Shown here in pieces: positions 38,436 to 49,154 of a DNA stretch of 64,000 nt; positions within the stretch are counted from its first letter, which is position 1; each line of letters starts with the position of its first letter. A program made the position numbers and the translations under genes. The DNA is taken from the sequence record KY703222. One strand, 5' to 3'. Source of the stretch: Escherichia phage phiC120. A model generated the notes under the pieces. That model did not search any database, was not told where the DNA came from, and worked only from the letters and a program-made list of their open reading frames with translations.

Positions 38436-41400
38436 ATGGTTGACATCAAACGTAAGTTCAGGGCCGAAGATGGTCTTGACGCAGGCGGTGATAAGATAGT
38501 TAACGTTGCGCTTGCTGACCGCACAGTTGGCACCGATGGCGTGAACGTTGACTTTTTGGTGCAAGAAAACACCGTACAGAATTATGACGATACGCGCGCG
38601 TATACAAAAGATTTTATTGTTCTTTATGATAATCGTTTTTATCAAGCTTTAAGCGATATTCCAGCTCCGGCAGGCCCTTTCTCTTTGGCTAAATGGAAGG
38701 CAACTCGTACAGATGCAGAATGGATTACAGTTCAAGGCGGAGATTTCCAATTATCAGTAGGTAACTCTATTGCGGTTGATACTTCAGCTGGCACTGATAT
38801 TAATTTCACTTTGCCTCAAAATCCTTTAGATGGCGATACAGTTATTTTGTCTGATATTGGCGGTAGAGTAGGCTATGTAAAAGTTCAAATTACTGCAGCG
38901 GCTCAAAGTATTGTAAACTTTAGAGGACAGCAGGTTCGTTCAGTTTTAATGACGCACCCAAAATCTAAAATGGTCTTCATTTTTAGCAACCGCCTATGGC
39001 AAATGTATGTTTCTGATTACGAACGTAATGCAGTCACAGTAACTCCTGCTAAGCCATATCAGGCGCAACCTAACGATTTTATCATTCGACGTTTTACATC
39101 AGCCGCTCCTATTAATATTACATTGCCTCGCAATGCTAATAATGGCGATATTATTAATTTAGTTGTTTTAGACAAATTAAACCCATTATATCACACAATT
39201 GTCAAAACTTACGATGATACAACTTCTATACGAGAAGCCGGTGTTCATGTAGCAGAAGGACGTAATACTGCGGAAGCATTCTTTGTTTATGATTCTGCTA
39301 ATAGCTTATGGCGTGTTTGGGAAGGTGACCAGAAATCTCGTTTACGTATAGTTCGTAATGATACTGATTTACACCCTAATGAAGAAGTTCTTGTTTTTGG
39401 AACTAATAATGATACAATCTCGACGGTAAATCTTACTTTGCCTACAGATATTTTGTCTGGTGATACTGTTAAAATATCGTTGAATTATATGCGTAAAGGG
39501 CAAACTGTAAAAATTAAAGCTGCCGAAGGCGATACAATTGCTAGCAGTATTTCTTTATTACAGTTCCCAAAACGTTCAGAGTATCCACCTGATGCACAAT
39601 GGGTTTCTGTTAATGAGTTGGAATTTAATGGTGATACTTCGTATGTACCTGTACTTGAGTTAGCTTATATAGAAGATTATTCATCTGAAACAAAATATTG
39701 GGTAGTTCAACAAAACACCGTAACCGTCGAACGAGTCGATGCATCGAGCAATACAACTCGAGCTCGTTTAGGTGTTATTGCTCTTGCTTCTCAAGCGCAA
39801 GCAAATGTTGATTTAGAAAATGCTCCTGGTAAAGAACTGGCTATTACTCCGGAAACATTAGCAAATCGTACAGCAACTGAAACTCGTCGTGGTATTGCTC
39901 GTATTGCAACAACTGCACAAGTTAACCAGAACACCGATTTTGCATTCCAAGACGACTTGATTATTTCTCCTAAGAAATTGAACGAACGTACAGCAACTGA
40001 AACCCGTAGAGGTGTTGCTGAAGTTGCAACTCAGGCTGAAACTAATGCTGGCACAGATGATACCACTATTATTACTCCTAAGAAATTGGATGCTCGTCAA
40101 GGTTCTGAAGTTTTATCTGGTATTGTAAAATACACATCTACGACTGGTACTACAGCTGCTACTATTCGTGGTAATGCTGGGACTAACGTTTATAACAAAG
40201 CTGTAGATAATTTAACTATTTCTCCAAAGGCTCTTGACCAGTATAAAGCTACCCCTACTCAACAGGGCGCAGTAATTCTTGCTATTGAAAGTGAAGTTAT
40301 CGCTGGCGAATCACAAGCCGGTTGGGCTAATGCTGTAGTGACTCCTGAAACTCTGCATAAGAAAACTTCTACTGATGGACGTATTGGTTTAATTGAAATT
40401 GCTACGCAAGCAGAAACTAACACTGGAACTGATTATACTAGAGCAGTAACGCCTAAGACGTTAAATGATAGGAAAGCTACGGAAGGATTATCCGGCATAG
40501 CCGAAATTGCTACGCAAGTTGAATTTGATACTGGAACTGACGATACTCGTATCTCGTCTCCACTGAAAATTAAAACTCATTTTGATTCTTCTGACCGTAC
40601 CAGTGTTAATTCTGATTCCGGACTTATTGAAGAAGGAACCTTGTGGAACCATTATACTCTTGATATTTCTAAAGCAAATGAAACACAACGCGGTACACTT
40701 CGCGTAGCGACCCAAGCAGAATCTAATGCAGGAACTTTAGATGATGTTCTTATTACTCCTAAAAAGCTTTTAGGGACTAAGTCCACTGAAACATCTGAAG
40801 GTGTAATTAAGGTTGCTACTCAAGATGAAACTGTAACGGGAACTTCTGCTAATACTGCTGTATCTCCTAAGAATTTAAAATGGATTGTTCAATCAGAACC
40901 AACATGGGCTGCTACTACGGCAATTCGTGGATTCGTTAAAACTTCATCTGGTTCTATTACATTCGTTGGTGACGATACTCAAGGTAGTACCCAGGACCTG
41001 AATCTTTACGAGAAAAATAGTTATGCTATTTCTCCATATGAATTAAACCGTGTACTTGCTAACTATTTGCCATTGAAAGCTAAAGCCGTAGATAGTAATC
41101 TGTTAGATGGTCTAGATTCTCTTCAGTTCATCCGTAGAGACATCGACCAGACGGTTAATGGTTCTTTAAGTCTTACTAAACAGACCAACCTGAGTGCTCC
41201 TTTAGTATCTACAAGCACTGCTTCTTTTGGGTCCGAAGCATCTGTTACTCGTAGATTAACTCTTAATGACTCTAGCGGTTCCGAAATAGTTTTCACTAAA
41301 GGAACTCAATCTCTTAGTAATAAAGAGAATTTCGTTGTTAGAGCATGGGGTAATAGCGCTACAGATGGTGCCCGTGATACAATATTTGAAGCTGGTGACG

Positions 41401-42269
41401 AAACCGGATACCATTTCTATTCTCAGCGCGCTTCTGATAATAAAGTATCATTTAATATTAATGGAACACTTTATTCAACAGGTATTGTTTCTACAAATGG
41501 ATTAAATGTTACAGGTGTTTCTACCTTTACCGGGCCTATTAGTGCTACAGGTGAAATTGTTTCTAGTTCTCCTATTGCATTCAGAGCTATTAACGGTAAC
41601 TATGGTGTTATGCTTTATAATGCTGGTGACAGTTCTTATATTGCATTAACTAACTCAGGTGACCAGACAGGGACGTTTAATAACTTACGCCCGATCACGA
41701 TTAACAATGCCACAGGATTAGTTCGTCTTGACAATGGTGTTCAAATCACAAGTGGTGCAACAATAACTACCGGTGGGTTAACTGTAAATAACAGGATTAT
41801 TTCTAATGGCGTTAAAACTGCCACTGTTTATACCGATAAACCAACAGCTTCTACTGTAGGTTTTTGGTCTATTGACATTAACGATTCTGCTGTATATAGC
41901 CAATTCCCTGGTTACTGGACACGTGATAACAAAGGTAACCGTGACCAAGAAATTAAATATCCTGGTACTTTGACTCAATTCGGCAATAGCTTAGATTCGC
42001 TTTATCAGGATTGGATTTGTTATCCTACAGGTGCAAATGGTGGTAGTATTCGTTATACTCGTACCTGGCAGAAAAATAAAGATGCTTGGACTTCATTTGC
42101 AATGGTATTTGATAGTGGCAACCCACCTTCACCTAGCGATGTCGGTGCTATCCCATCTGATAATGCTGTTATTGGAAACCTTACTGTTCGAGACTTCTTA
42201 CAATTAGGAAATGTGAGAATTGTTCCAGACCCGGTTAACAAAACCGTTAAATTTATATGGGTTGAATAA
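38436..42269 (+). CDS. 34: gp34 long tail fibre proximal subunit
   Basis: 1277 aa (T4 gp34 about 1289 aa); internal tandem ~35-aa ATxAE...GTDDT..ITPKKL repeats; gene order 34-35-36-37-38. Confidence 0.9.
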   Translation: MVDIKRKFRAEDGLDAGGDKIVNVALADRTVGTDGVNVDFLVQENTVQNYDDTRAYTKDFIVLYDNRFYQALSDIPAPAGPFSLAKWKATRTDAEWITVQGGDFQLSVGNSIAVDTSAGTDINFTLPQNPLDGDTVILSDIGGRVGYVKVQITAAAQSIVNFRGQQVRSVLMTHPKSKMVFIFSNRLWQMYVSDYERNAVTVTPAKPYQAQPNDFIIRRFTSAAPINITLPRNANNGDIINLVVLDKLNPLYHTIVKTYDDTTSIREAGVHVAEGRNTAEAFFVYDSANSLWRVWEGDQKSRLRIVRNDTDLHPNEEVLVFGTNNDTISTVNLTLPTDILSGDTVKISLNYMRKGQTVKIKAAEGDTIASSISLLQFPKRSEYPPDAQWVSVNELEFNGDTSYVPVLELAYIEDYSSETKYWVVQQNTVTVERVDASSNTTRARLGVIALASQAQANVDLENAPGKELAITPETLANRTATETRRGIARIATTAQVNQNTDFAFQDDLIISPKKLNERTATETRRGVAEVATQAETNAGTDDTTIITPKKLDARQGSEVLSGIVKYTSTTGTTAATIRGNAGTNVYNKAVDNLTISPKALDQYKATPTQQGAVILAIESEVIAGESQAGWANAVVTPETLHKKTSTDGRIGLIEIATQAETNTGTDYTRAVTPKTLNDRKATEGLSGIAEIATQVEFDTGTDDTRISSPLKIKTHFDSSDRTSVNSDSGLIEEGTLWNHYTLDISKANETQRGTLRVATQAESNAGTLDDVLITPKKLLGTKSTETSEGVIKVATQDETVTGTSANTAVSPKNLKWIVQSEPTWAATTAIRGFVKTSSGSITFVGDDTQGSTQDLNLYEKNSYAISPYELNRVLANYLPLKAKAVDSNLLDGLDSLQFIRRDIDQTVNGSLSLTKQTNLSAPLVSTSTASFGSEASVTRRLTLNDSSGSEIVFTKGTQSLSNKENFVVRAWGNSATDGARDTIFEAGDETGYHFYSQRASDNKVSFNINGTLYSTGIVSTNGLNVTGVSTFTGPISATGEIVSSSPIAFRAINGNYGVMLYNAGDSSYIALTNSGDQTGTFNNLRPITINNATGLVRLDNGVQITSGATITTGGLTVNNRIISNGVKTATVYTDKPTASTVGFWSIDINDSAVYSQFPGYWTRDNKGNRDQEIKYPGTLTQFGNSLDSLYQDWICYPTGANGGSIRYTRTWQKNKDAWTSFAMVFDSGNPPSPSDVGAIPSDNAVIGNLTVRDFLQLGNVRIVPDPVNKTVKFIWVE
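39840..40880 (+). repeat. tandem ~35-aa coding repeats within gp34 (fibrous repeat units)
   Basis: At least six copies of T-ETRRG-A-IATxAxxNxGTDxTxxITPKxL-like units in the translated sequence. Confidence 0.6.
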
Positions 42270-42277
42270 GAGGTTAT

Positions 42278-43402
42278 ATGGAAAAATTTATGGCAAGGTT
42301 TGGACAGGGATACGTCCAAACGCCATTTTTATCGGAAAGCAATTCAGTTAGATTTAAACTAAGTATAGCGGGTTCATGCCCGCTTTCAACAACTAATCCG
42401 TATATTTTGTTCCAAAATGAGCCTTTAGGGTTGCAGTCTTTTGGTATTGGACTAAATGTTAGGGTAATAAATCCGGAAAATGGAACTATAGTTGATAGTA
42501 AATTATACAATTTTGCGCCTACAAATAATGCAACTTCAGCTGCATTTATTTCGTTTGTTAATACATACGCAGATAATTTCATTTTCGCATTTATTTCTAA
42601 TAACAAATTTAATTTGCCGCCAGAAATAATTGAATGGTTTAAAGCTGCCGGGAGTTCAGTTATACCGTCAATTGAAGTTGCTAGTCTTGTTGATATTTCA
42701 TATTCAGCGTTTTATGTTTCAGGTAAAAATACTATTGCATTAGAACACATAAAATACAGTAATAAGAAAACAATTTCGGATTACTCAACTCCATTAGATA
42801 TTGTATATGACTCTATTGCTGATATAGGTGCTACCGGCTATCCTAGACGTACATATGAAGCTCTAGAAACGTTTTTATCTCCTGTTGGAAGAACTAACAA
42901 TGAAATAAAAAGGATGCCTACATCATCCCTTGTTACTCCTATCGCAAACTATGGATTAAAGCCTACAGATTTTCTTTATTTGAAATTTCAATTAATGGCT
43001 GATGAAGCATTACTAGAGGAAGGAACCACAAGACTTTCAATTCGTTTCTTTAAGTCTCCATCTAGCTCTCCTATATTGTCTAAAGATATAAACTTTGACG
43101 GAACTGCTGGTGAATGGAAGCTATATGAAGAATACGTTGAAATACCAGCTGAAGCCGATGGCTTTACAGTATATTGTTACCGTACGGCCCCAGTCGGTCA
43201 AGGTGGACTAAGAAATGTTATTTTCACTGAAGTATCATGTAACGGAAGTATAGCAAAACCTGCCGAGTTTGGCCTAAACGGTATTCGTGCTAATTACATC
43301 GATGAATCATTAATCGGTAATGATATAATGGACTTGCCTACTCAGTTATCTAACGACACAGGTAAGGTATTTGGGCAGGAATTTAAAGAGTACACAGAAT
43401 AA
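42278..43402 (+). CDS. 35: gp35 long tail fibre hinge (knee) protein
   Basis: 374 aa (T4 gp35 about 372 aa); gene order. Confidence 0.8.
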   Translation: MEKFMARFGQGYVQTPFLSESNSVRFKLSIAGSCPLSTTNPYILFQNEPLGLQSFGIGLNVRVINPENGTIVDSKLYNFAPTNNATSAAFISFVNTYADNFIFAFISNNKFNLPPEIIEWFKAAGSSVIPSIEVASLVDISYSAFYVSGKNTIALEHIKYSNKKTISDYSTPLDIVYDSIADIGATGYPRRTYEALETFLSPVGRTNNEIKRMPTSSLVTPIANYGLKPTDFLYLKFQLMADEALLEEGTTRLSIRFFKSPSSSPILSKDINFDGTAGEWKLYEEYVEIPAEADGFTVYCYRTAPVGQGGLRNVIFTEVSCNGSIAKPAEFGLNGIRANYIDESLIGNDIMDLPTQLSNDTGKVFGQEFKEYTE

Positions 43403-43403
43403 A

Positions 43404-43419
43404 GGAGACCGAAGTCTCC
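43404..43419 (+). terminator. terminator hairpin GGAGACCGAAGTCTCC plus T-run after gene 35
   Basis: Perfect stem-loop followed by TTTT. Confidence 0.6.
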
Positions 43420-43427
43420 TTTTCGCG

Positions 43428-43435
43428 TATAAATA
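43428..43435 (+). promoter_or_regulatory. late promoter TATAAATA for gene 36
   Basis: Exact TATAAATA about 27 nt upstream of the gene 36 ATG. Confidence 0.65.
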
Positions 43436-43461
43436 CTTTAATATTAATAAGGAGACACGAA

Positions 43462-44118
43462 ATGGCCGATTTAAAAGCCGGAAGTACAGTTGGTGGTTCC
43501 GTCATATGGCATCAAGGCAATTTTCCTTTAATGCCAGCTGGCGATGACATCCTATATAAAACATTTAAATTATACACTGAATATAACAAGCCAAAAGCGG
43601 CTGATAACGATTTCGTATCTAAAGCAAACGGCGGGACATATCTCAAAAAGGTAATCTTTAACGAAGGTGTTGCAGTCAAAACAGCAGATGACCAAACGAA
43701 TGGTATTTTTTCTGGTGGTGGTGACGCCGCGACATTCGACCAAACAAACATGGATATTGTTTCGTGGTATGGTATTGGGTTTAAATCATCTCAAGGTACC
43801 GGTGAAAGAACTGTTGTAATTGATACTCGCACCGGTAATATAAGTTCTAAAGGCGTTATTGAAGCATCTCAATTCAGAGCCACAACGTTAGCACCTTTAA
43901 ATAATTACGACCTTACTCGCAAAGATTATGTTGATAGTCAAATAAATACAGTTAATGCTAATGCAAACAGTCGCGTACTCCGTTCAGGAGATACGATGAC
44001 CGGCGCTCTAACAGCCCCAAACTTTTTCTCACAGAATCCTGCATCTCAACCCTCGCATGTTCCACGATTTGACCAAATTGTTATTAAGGATTCTGTTCAA
44101 GATTTCGGCTATTATTAA
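43462..44118 (+). CDS. 36: gp36 long tail fibre distal connector
   Basis: 218 aa (T4 gp36 about 221 aa); gene order. Confidence 0.8.
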   Translation: MADLKAGSTVGGSVIWHQGNFPLMPAGDDILYKTFKLYTEYNKPKAADNDFVSKANGGTYLKKVIFNEGVAVKTADDQTNGIFSGGGDAATFDQTNMDIVSWYGIGFKSSQGTGERTVVIDTRTGNISSKGVIEASQFRATTLAPLNNYDLTRKDYVDSQINTVNANANSRVLRSGDTMTGALTAPNFFSQNPASQPSHVPRFDQIVIKDSVQDFGYY

Positions 44119-44126
44119 GAGGACTT

Positions 44127-47100
44127 ATGGCTACTTTAAAACAAATACAATTTAAAAGAAGCAAAACTGCAGGAGCACGTCCTGCCGCTTCAGTATTAGC
44201 CGAAGGTGAATTGGCTATAAACTTAAAAGACCGTGTACTTTTTACTAAAGATGACCAAGGAAATATTATTGATCTGGGTTTTGCTAAAGGCGGTAGTATT
44301 GACGGGAATGTTATTCATACAGGTAATTATAACCAAACTGGCGATTATACTTTAAATGGTGTCTTCACTCAGACTGGTAATTTTAATTTAACTGGTATTG
44401 CTCGAGTAACTCGTGATATTATCGCCGCTGGGCAGATTATGACTGAAGGCGGAGAACTTATTACAAAAAGTTCAGGTACAGCACATGTTCGTTTTTTCGA
44501 TAACAATAGCCGCGAACGTGGAATCATTTATGCCCCGGCTAATGATGGTTTAACTACACAAGTACTTAATATCAGGGTTCAAGACTACGCCGCTGGTGGT
44601 GAAAGCACCTATGCATTTTCGGGCAGTGGACTATTTACTTCACCTGAAGTATCAGCATGGAAATCTATTTCGTCTCCACAAATTCTGACCGACAAAGTTA
44701 TTACAAATGGGAAGAAGACAGGCGATTATGATATCTATTCATTATCAAATAACACTCCAATGGCAGAAGGCGAAACGGCTATTAACCACCTCCGTGTTAT
44801 GCGAAATGCTGTAGGAGCAGGTATTTTCCACGAAGTTAATGTTAATGACGGAATAACCTGGTATTCCGGAGATGGCTTAGACACTTATCTTTGGTCGTTT
44901 AACTGGGCCGGTGGATTGAAAGCGGGTCATTCTATTTCTATAGGTATCCCAGGCGGTCCAAAAGGACATTCTGAATTAGGAACTGCTTCGATTGCTCTTG
45001 GTGATAATGACACCGGGTTAAAATGGCATCAAGATGGATATTTCTATACAGTAAACAACGGAACAAAAACTTTCATCTATGGTCCAGGAGAAACGCAAAG
45101 CCTTAGAAAAATGGTTATGGCTTATTCTCCAGATGGGCTTCTTATGACAACGCCACCGACAGAAAACTATGCTTTGGCCACTGTTGTTACTTACCATGAT
45201 AATAACGCGTATGGTGACGGTCAAACTCTTTTAGGTTATTACCAAGGCGGTAACTATCATCACTATTTCCGCGGTAAGGGTACTACAAACATTAATACTC
45301 ATGGCGGTTTGTTAGTTACTCCAGGTAATATTGATGTTATTGGCGGTTCTGTTAATATAGATGGTAGAAATAATTCTTCTACACTAATGTTTAGAGGCAA
45401 CACAGCAGGATACAGCTCGGTTGATAATATGGATATTAAAGTTTGGGGTAATACGTTTGTTGATCCAAGCGGAGGTATCCGTAAAAACATTATGGAAATT
45501 TCTGATGCAACTAGCTGGATGAGCTATATTCAAAGACTTACTACTGGCGAAGTAGAAATGAACGTTAATGGTTCATTTGAATCATCTGGTGTTACTGCTG
45601 GAGATAGAGGAGTTCACACAACAGGTGAAATTTCATCTGGAGCAGTGAATGCTCTTCGTATTTGGAACGCAGATTATGGAGCCATTTTTAGACGTTCAGA
45701 AGGAAGTCTTCATATTATTCCAACTGCTTATGGCGAAGGCAAAGATGGCGATATCGGTCCACTTCGCCCGTTTAGTATGGCTTTAGATACCGGTAAAGTT
45801 ACTATTCCAGATTTACAATCAAGTTACAATACGTTTGCTGCGAATGGCTATATTAAATTTGTTGGTCATGGAGCGGGTGCCGGCGGTTATGACATTCAAT
45901 ATGTTCAAGCGGCTCCTATTTTCCAGGAAATCGATGATGACGCTGTAAGCAAATATTATCCTATTGTTAAACAGAAGTTTTTAAACGGTAAATCCGTTTG
46001 GTCTTTAGGTACCGAAATTGAATCAGGTACATTCGTTATTCATCATCTGAAAGAAGATGGTTCACAAGGCCATGCGTCTCGTTTTAATCAAGACGGTACT
46101 GTTAACTTCCCAGATAACGTTCTGGTCAGCGGCGATATTAACATGAAAGGCGTGATGACTTTTGACCCCGGACGTTTAGGATCACGAGATTATTTTAAAT
46201 TTAACCATTGGGGTGATAGTAATAATGGTCGTGATAACATCATCCAGTTAGAAGATAGTCGAGGCGCTCATTTTTCCACTGAACGTACTTTAGCGACAGG
46301 TGCAATTAAAACTCGTTTCTTTGGCGAAACCTTCACTGACGGTACATTATACCTAAATCAGATGAATAATAGCTCTGAACGATTCTCTATCAACAATTGG
46401 GGAAATTCAGAAGTTGGTCGCGCGGCAGTATTGGAAGTCGGCGATTCAAAAGGTTATCACTTCTATGCTGAACGCAGGACAGATAACAGTTTGATGTTTG
46501 ATGTTGCTGGTGCTTTGACCGTGCATGGACCTAACGGAATAACCATCAAAAACTCAACTGGTGCACGACATATCTGGTTTAGAGATGATAGCGATGCAGA
46601 AAAGGCTGTTATCTGGGCTACAGATGATGGTATTTTACATATACGAAATAATTATGGGGGTTCATTTAGTCATCACTTCCGGGGTGCAATGATTCTAGCG
46701 GGAGAGCGTGTTCCATATAATAGTGAATACGCTCTTATCCGTGGTAATATTTCCGGTGGTGCATGGGTAGACTGGCGAGATCGTCCGGCTGGATTATTGG
46801 TAGACTGTCAGGACTCACGAAATCAAGCATATAACATTTGGAAAGCTACTCATTGGGGCGAACAGCACCTTGCGGCGATGGGTGTTCATGCTGGCGGTGG
46901 TAATCCTCATGTTGTATTGCATGTGGGTGGGAATGATTATGCATTTGCATCTAACGGTGATTTTACTGCTGGTGCTGCTGTATATTGTAACGACGTTTAT
47001 ATTCGTTCTGACCGTCGTCTGAAAATTAATGTTGAAGACTACGAAGAGAATGCGGTGGATAAGGTAAATAAACTCAAAGTTAAAACCTATGATAAAGTTA

Positions 47101-47360
47101 AATCTCTTTCTGACCGCGAAGTTATCGGCCATGAGATTGGTATTATCGCACAGGATTTGCAAGAAGTATTACCGGAAGCTGTTAGCACTTCTAGTGTCGG
47201 ATCTCAGGATAACCCAGAAGAAATTTTAACAATTTCAAACTCTGCTGTGAACGCGCTTTTAATTAAGGCCATTCAGGAAATGAGCGAAGAAATTAAAGAA
47301 TTGAAAACGCCTCTCTTTACTAAAATTGCTCGCAAAATTAGTAAATATTTTAAATTCTAA
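44127..47360 (+). CDS. 37: gp37 long tail fibre distal subunit with C-terminal intramolecular chaperone-like domain
   Basis: 1077 aa; N-terminus MATLKQIQFKRSKTAGARPAASVLAEGELAINLKDR typical of gp37/gp12-type fibres; C-terminal ~110 aa (DKVNKLKVKTYDK...GIIAQDLQEVLPEAV) resembles self-cleaving chaperone domains. Confidence 0.85.
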   Translation: MATLKQIQFKRSKTAGARPAASVLAEGELAINLKDRVLFTKDDQGNIIDLGFAKGGSIDGNVIHTGNYNQTGDYTLNGVFTQTGNFNLTGIARVTRDIIAAGQIMTEGGELITKSSGTAHVRFFDNNSRERGIIYAPANDGLTTQVLNIRVQDYAAGGESTYAFSGSGLFTSPEVSAWKSISSPQILTDKVITNGKKTGDYDIYSLSNNTPMAEGETAINHLRVMRNAVGAGIFHEVNVNDGITWYSGDGLDTYLWSFNWAGGLKAGHSISIGIPGGPKGHSELGTASIALGDNDTGLKWHQDGYFYTVNNGTKTFIYGPGETQSLRKMVMAYSPDGLLMTTPPTENYALATVVTYHDNNAYGDGQTLLGYYQGGNYHHYFRGKGTTNINTHGGLLVTPGNIDVIGGSVNIDGRNNSSTLMFRGNTAGYSSVDNMDIKVWGNTFVDPSGGIRKNIMEISDATSWMSYIQRLTTGEVEMNVNGSFESSGVTAGDRGVHTTGEISSGAVNALRIWNADYGAIFRRSEGSLHIIPTAYGEGKDGDIGPLRPFSMALDTGKVTIPDLQSSYNTFAANGYIKFVGHGAGAGGYDIQYVQAAPIFQEIDDDAVSKYYPIVKQKFLNGKSVWSLGTEIESGTFVIHHLKEDGSQGHASRFNQDGTVNFPDNVLVSGDINMKGVMTFDPGRLGSRDYFKFNHWGDSNNGRDNIIQLEDSRGAHFSTERTLATGAIKTRFFGETFTDGTLYLNQMNNSSERFSINNWGNSEVGRAAVLEVGDSKGYHFYAERRTDNSLMFDVAGALTVHGPNGITIKNSTGARHIWFRDDSDAEKAVIWATDDGILHIRNNYGGSFSHHFRGAMILAGERVPYNSEYALIRGNISGGAWVDWRDRPAGLLVDCQDSRNQAYNIWKATHWGEQHLAAMGVHAGGGNPHVVLHVGGNDYAFASNGDFTAGAAVYCNDVYIRSDRRLKINVEDYEENAVDKVNKLKVKTYDKVKSLSDREVIGHEIGIIAQDLQEVLPEAVSTSSVGSQDNPEEILTISNSAVNALLIKAIQEMSEEIKELKTPLFTKIARKISKYFKF

Positions 47361-47366
47361 CAACAA

Positions 47367-47381
47367 GGGGGAAATGCCCCC
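47367..47381 (+). terminator. hairpin GGGGGAAATGCCCCC after gene 37
   Basis: 5-bp G/C stem followed by TTT. Confidence 0.4.
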
Positions 47382-47396
47382 TTTGGAGTATAAATT

Positions 47397-48176
47397 ATGG
47401 CAGTAGTTGGAGTTCCTGGCTGGATTGGAAGTTCAGCCGTAAATGAAACGGGCCAGCGCTGGATGAGTCAAGCAGCTGGTCAATTAAGATTGGGTGTTCC
47501 TTGCTGGATGAGTCAATTTGCAGGTCGCTCAAGAGAAATTATTCACACTCTTGGAGCAGACCATAACTTTAATGGTCAATGGTTCCGTGACCGTTGTTTT
47601 GAAGCCGGTGGCGCTCCTATAGTGTTTAATATCACAGGCAACTTAGTATCATATTCTAAAGACGTTCCTTTATTCTTCATGTATGGTGATACTCCTAACG
47701 AATATGTTACTTTGAATATTCATGGTGGTGTTCATATGTGGGGCCGAGGTGGTAACGGTACTGTAAACGGAAACCCAGGCACAAATGGCGGCGATGTAAT
47801 CCAAAATGATATCGGCGGAAGACTTCGTATTTGGAACTATGGCGTTATTGCATCAGGCGGTGGTGGTGGTGGTGCAGTGTCATTACAGAATAGCTGGGCG
47901 CCAAATGCTACAGCAGGTGGCGGTGGTGGTAGACCATTTGGCATCGGCGGAGGCGGCGTTAATTGGCCGGGTGGTAATGCTAGTTATGACGCCCCGGGCG
48001 GCGCCGGTTACACTTCCCAATTCGGCGGAGGCAATGGCGGCGATGCTGGAGGTCGGGGCGGAGATGGATGGGGTAATCACTTATCTAGATCTGGTGGCGG
48101 TGCTCCTGGCAGAGCAGTATTCGGAAGTTCACCGTCATGGGGTGCTACAGGCACAATCTACGGCTCCTGGATTTAA
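47397..48176 (+). CDS. 38: gp38 tail-fibre adhesin of the T2 type (glycine-rich motifs)
   Basis: 259 aa; C-terminal half has poly-glycine islands (GGGGGGA, GGGGGR, GGGG) separated by short variable segments, as in T2-type receptor-recognising gp38. Confidence 0.8.
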   Translation: MAVVGVPGWIGSSAVNETGQRWMSQAAGQLRLGVPCWMSQFAGRSREIIHTLGADHNFNGQWFRDRCFEAGGAPIVFNITGNLVSYSKDVPLFFMYGDTPNEYVTLNIHGGVHMWGRGGNGTVNGNPGTNGGDVIQNDIGGRLRIWNYGVIASGGGGGGAVSLQNSWAPNATAGGGGGRPFGIGGGGVNWPGGNASYDAPGGAGYTSQFGGGNGGDAGGRGGDGWGNHLSRSGGGAPGRAVFGSSPSWGATGTIYGSWI

Positions 48177-48194
48177 ACGATAATACCTCTCAAT

Positions 48195-48202
48195 TATAAA
48201 TA
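48195..48202 (+). promoter_or_regulatory. late promoter TATAAATA for holin gene t
   Basis: Exact TATAAATA upstream of RBS GGGAGG and the t start codon. Confidence 0.6.
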
Positions 48203-48209
48203 TTGATAA

Positions 48210-48881
48210 ATGGGAGGTAATATGGCAGCACCAAAAGTATCATTTTCGCCTAGTGATATTTTATTTGGGTTGCTAGACCGCATTTTCAAAGATAACGCCT
48301 CTGGAAATATTCTTATTTCAAGAGTTGCTGTTGTAGTTCTTTTGTTCCTAATGGCACTAATATGGTACAAAGGGAGTATTTTTATGGATTATTACGTGAG
48401 GTCGAAATATGATACTTACACAGAAGTAATTCAAAAAGAAAGAAATACACGATTTGAATCTGCGGCTTTAGAACAACTACAAATAGTCCACGTCACATCA
48501 AGGGCGGATTTTAGTTCGGTGTATTCTTTCAGACCTAAAAATCTAAATTATTTCGTCGACCTTATTGCGTATGAAGGTAAGTTACCTAGCACAGTAACTG
48601 AAAAATCTATGGGAGGATTTCCTGTCGATAAAACAACAGCAGAATATTCGGTCCATTTAAGTGGACTTCACTTTACTTCTAAAACAGATTTTGCTTTCTT
48701 ACCTACCAAAACAAAAACTCCGGAATTAGCATATATGTATAGTTGTCCTTACTTCAATTTGGATAACATATATGCTGGAACTGTTTCTATGTATTGGTAT
48801 AAGGGGTCGGACGTGTTAAATGAAGAACGCTTGGCTGCAATATGCAACCAAGCAGCAAGGATATTAGGGCGAGCTAAATAA
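48210..48881 (+). CDS. t: holin T
   Basis: 223 aa; single N-terminal transmembrane segment; C-terminus AICNQAARILGRAK and PKNLNYFVD motifs close to remembered T4 holin. Confidence 0.9.
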   Translation: MGGNMAAPKVSFSPSDILFGLLDRIFKDNASGNILISRVAVVVLLFLMALIWYKGSIFMDYYVRSKYDTYTEVIQKERNTRFESAALEQLQIVHVTSRADFSSVYSFRPKNLNYFVDLIAYEGKLPSTVTEKSMGGFPVDKTTAEYSVHLSGLHFTSKTDFAFLPTKTKTPELAYMYSCPYFNLDNIYAGTVSMYWYKGSDVLNEERLAAICNQAARILGRAK

Positions 48882-49154
48882 TTAGTTGTTAGAATACATC
48901 GTCAAATGGCGATAAATATTTTCAAAACCTTCATTGAATTCACTAATCAGTGTTTTCTTTTCTTCGGCAGTTAAATTTGTAATTAGTTTTCTGAACGAAT
49001 TCTGATTTAGCTGTCGACCATCTTTTTTAATTCCAATCTCATTCAAGAATCCGATGAAATTTGCTCGGTCTTCAACAATATCTTCCCTAGAGAATTTAAT
49101 CAAAATAGAAGCAATAGTAATAATTTCACGTACAATTTCGATATCTTTATTCAT
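48882..49154 (-). CDS. asiA: AsiA anti-sigma-70 factor
   Basis: 90 aa; MNKDIEIVREIITIASILIKFSREDIVEDRANFIGFLNEIG... close to remembered T4 AsiA. Confidence 0.9.
   Translation of the reverse strand: MNKDIEIVREIITIASILIKFSREDIVEDRANFIGFLNEIGIKKDGRQLNQNSFRKLITNLTAEEKKTLISEFNEGFENIYRHLTMYSNN

Noticed and set aside
47388-47395. Late-promoter-like TATAAATT immediately before gene 38
   Set aside because: One mismatch to TATAAATA and only 2 nt before the ATG, leaving no room for a leader or RBS; gene 38 is more likely co-transcribed with gene 37.
47806-48183. 125-aa ORF in an alternative frame within gene 38
   Set aside because: Artefact of the GC-rich glycine codon runs (GGN) in the gp38 glycine-rich region; the gp38 frame is supported by the adhesin architecture.
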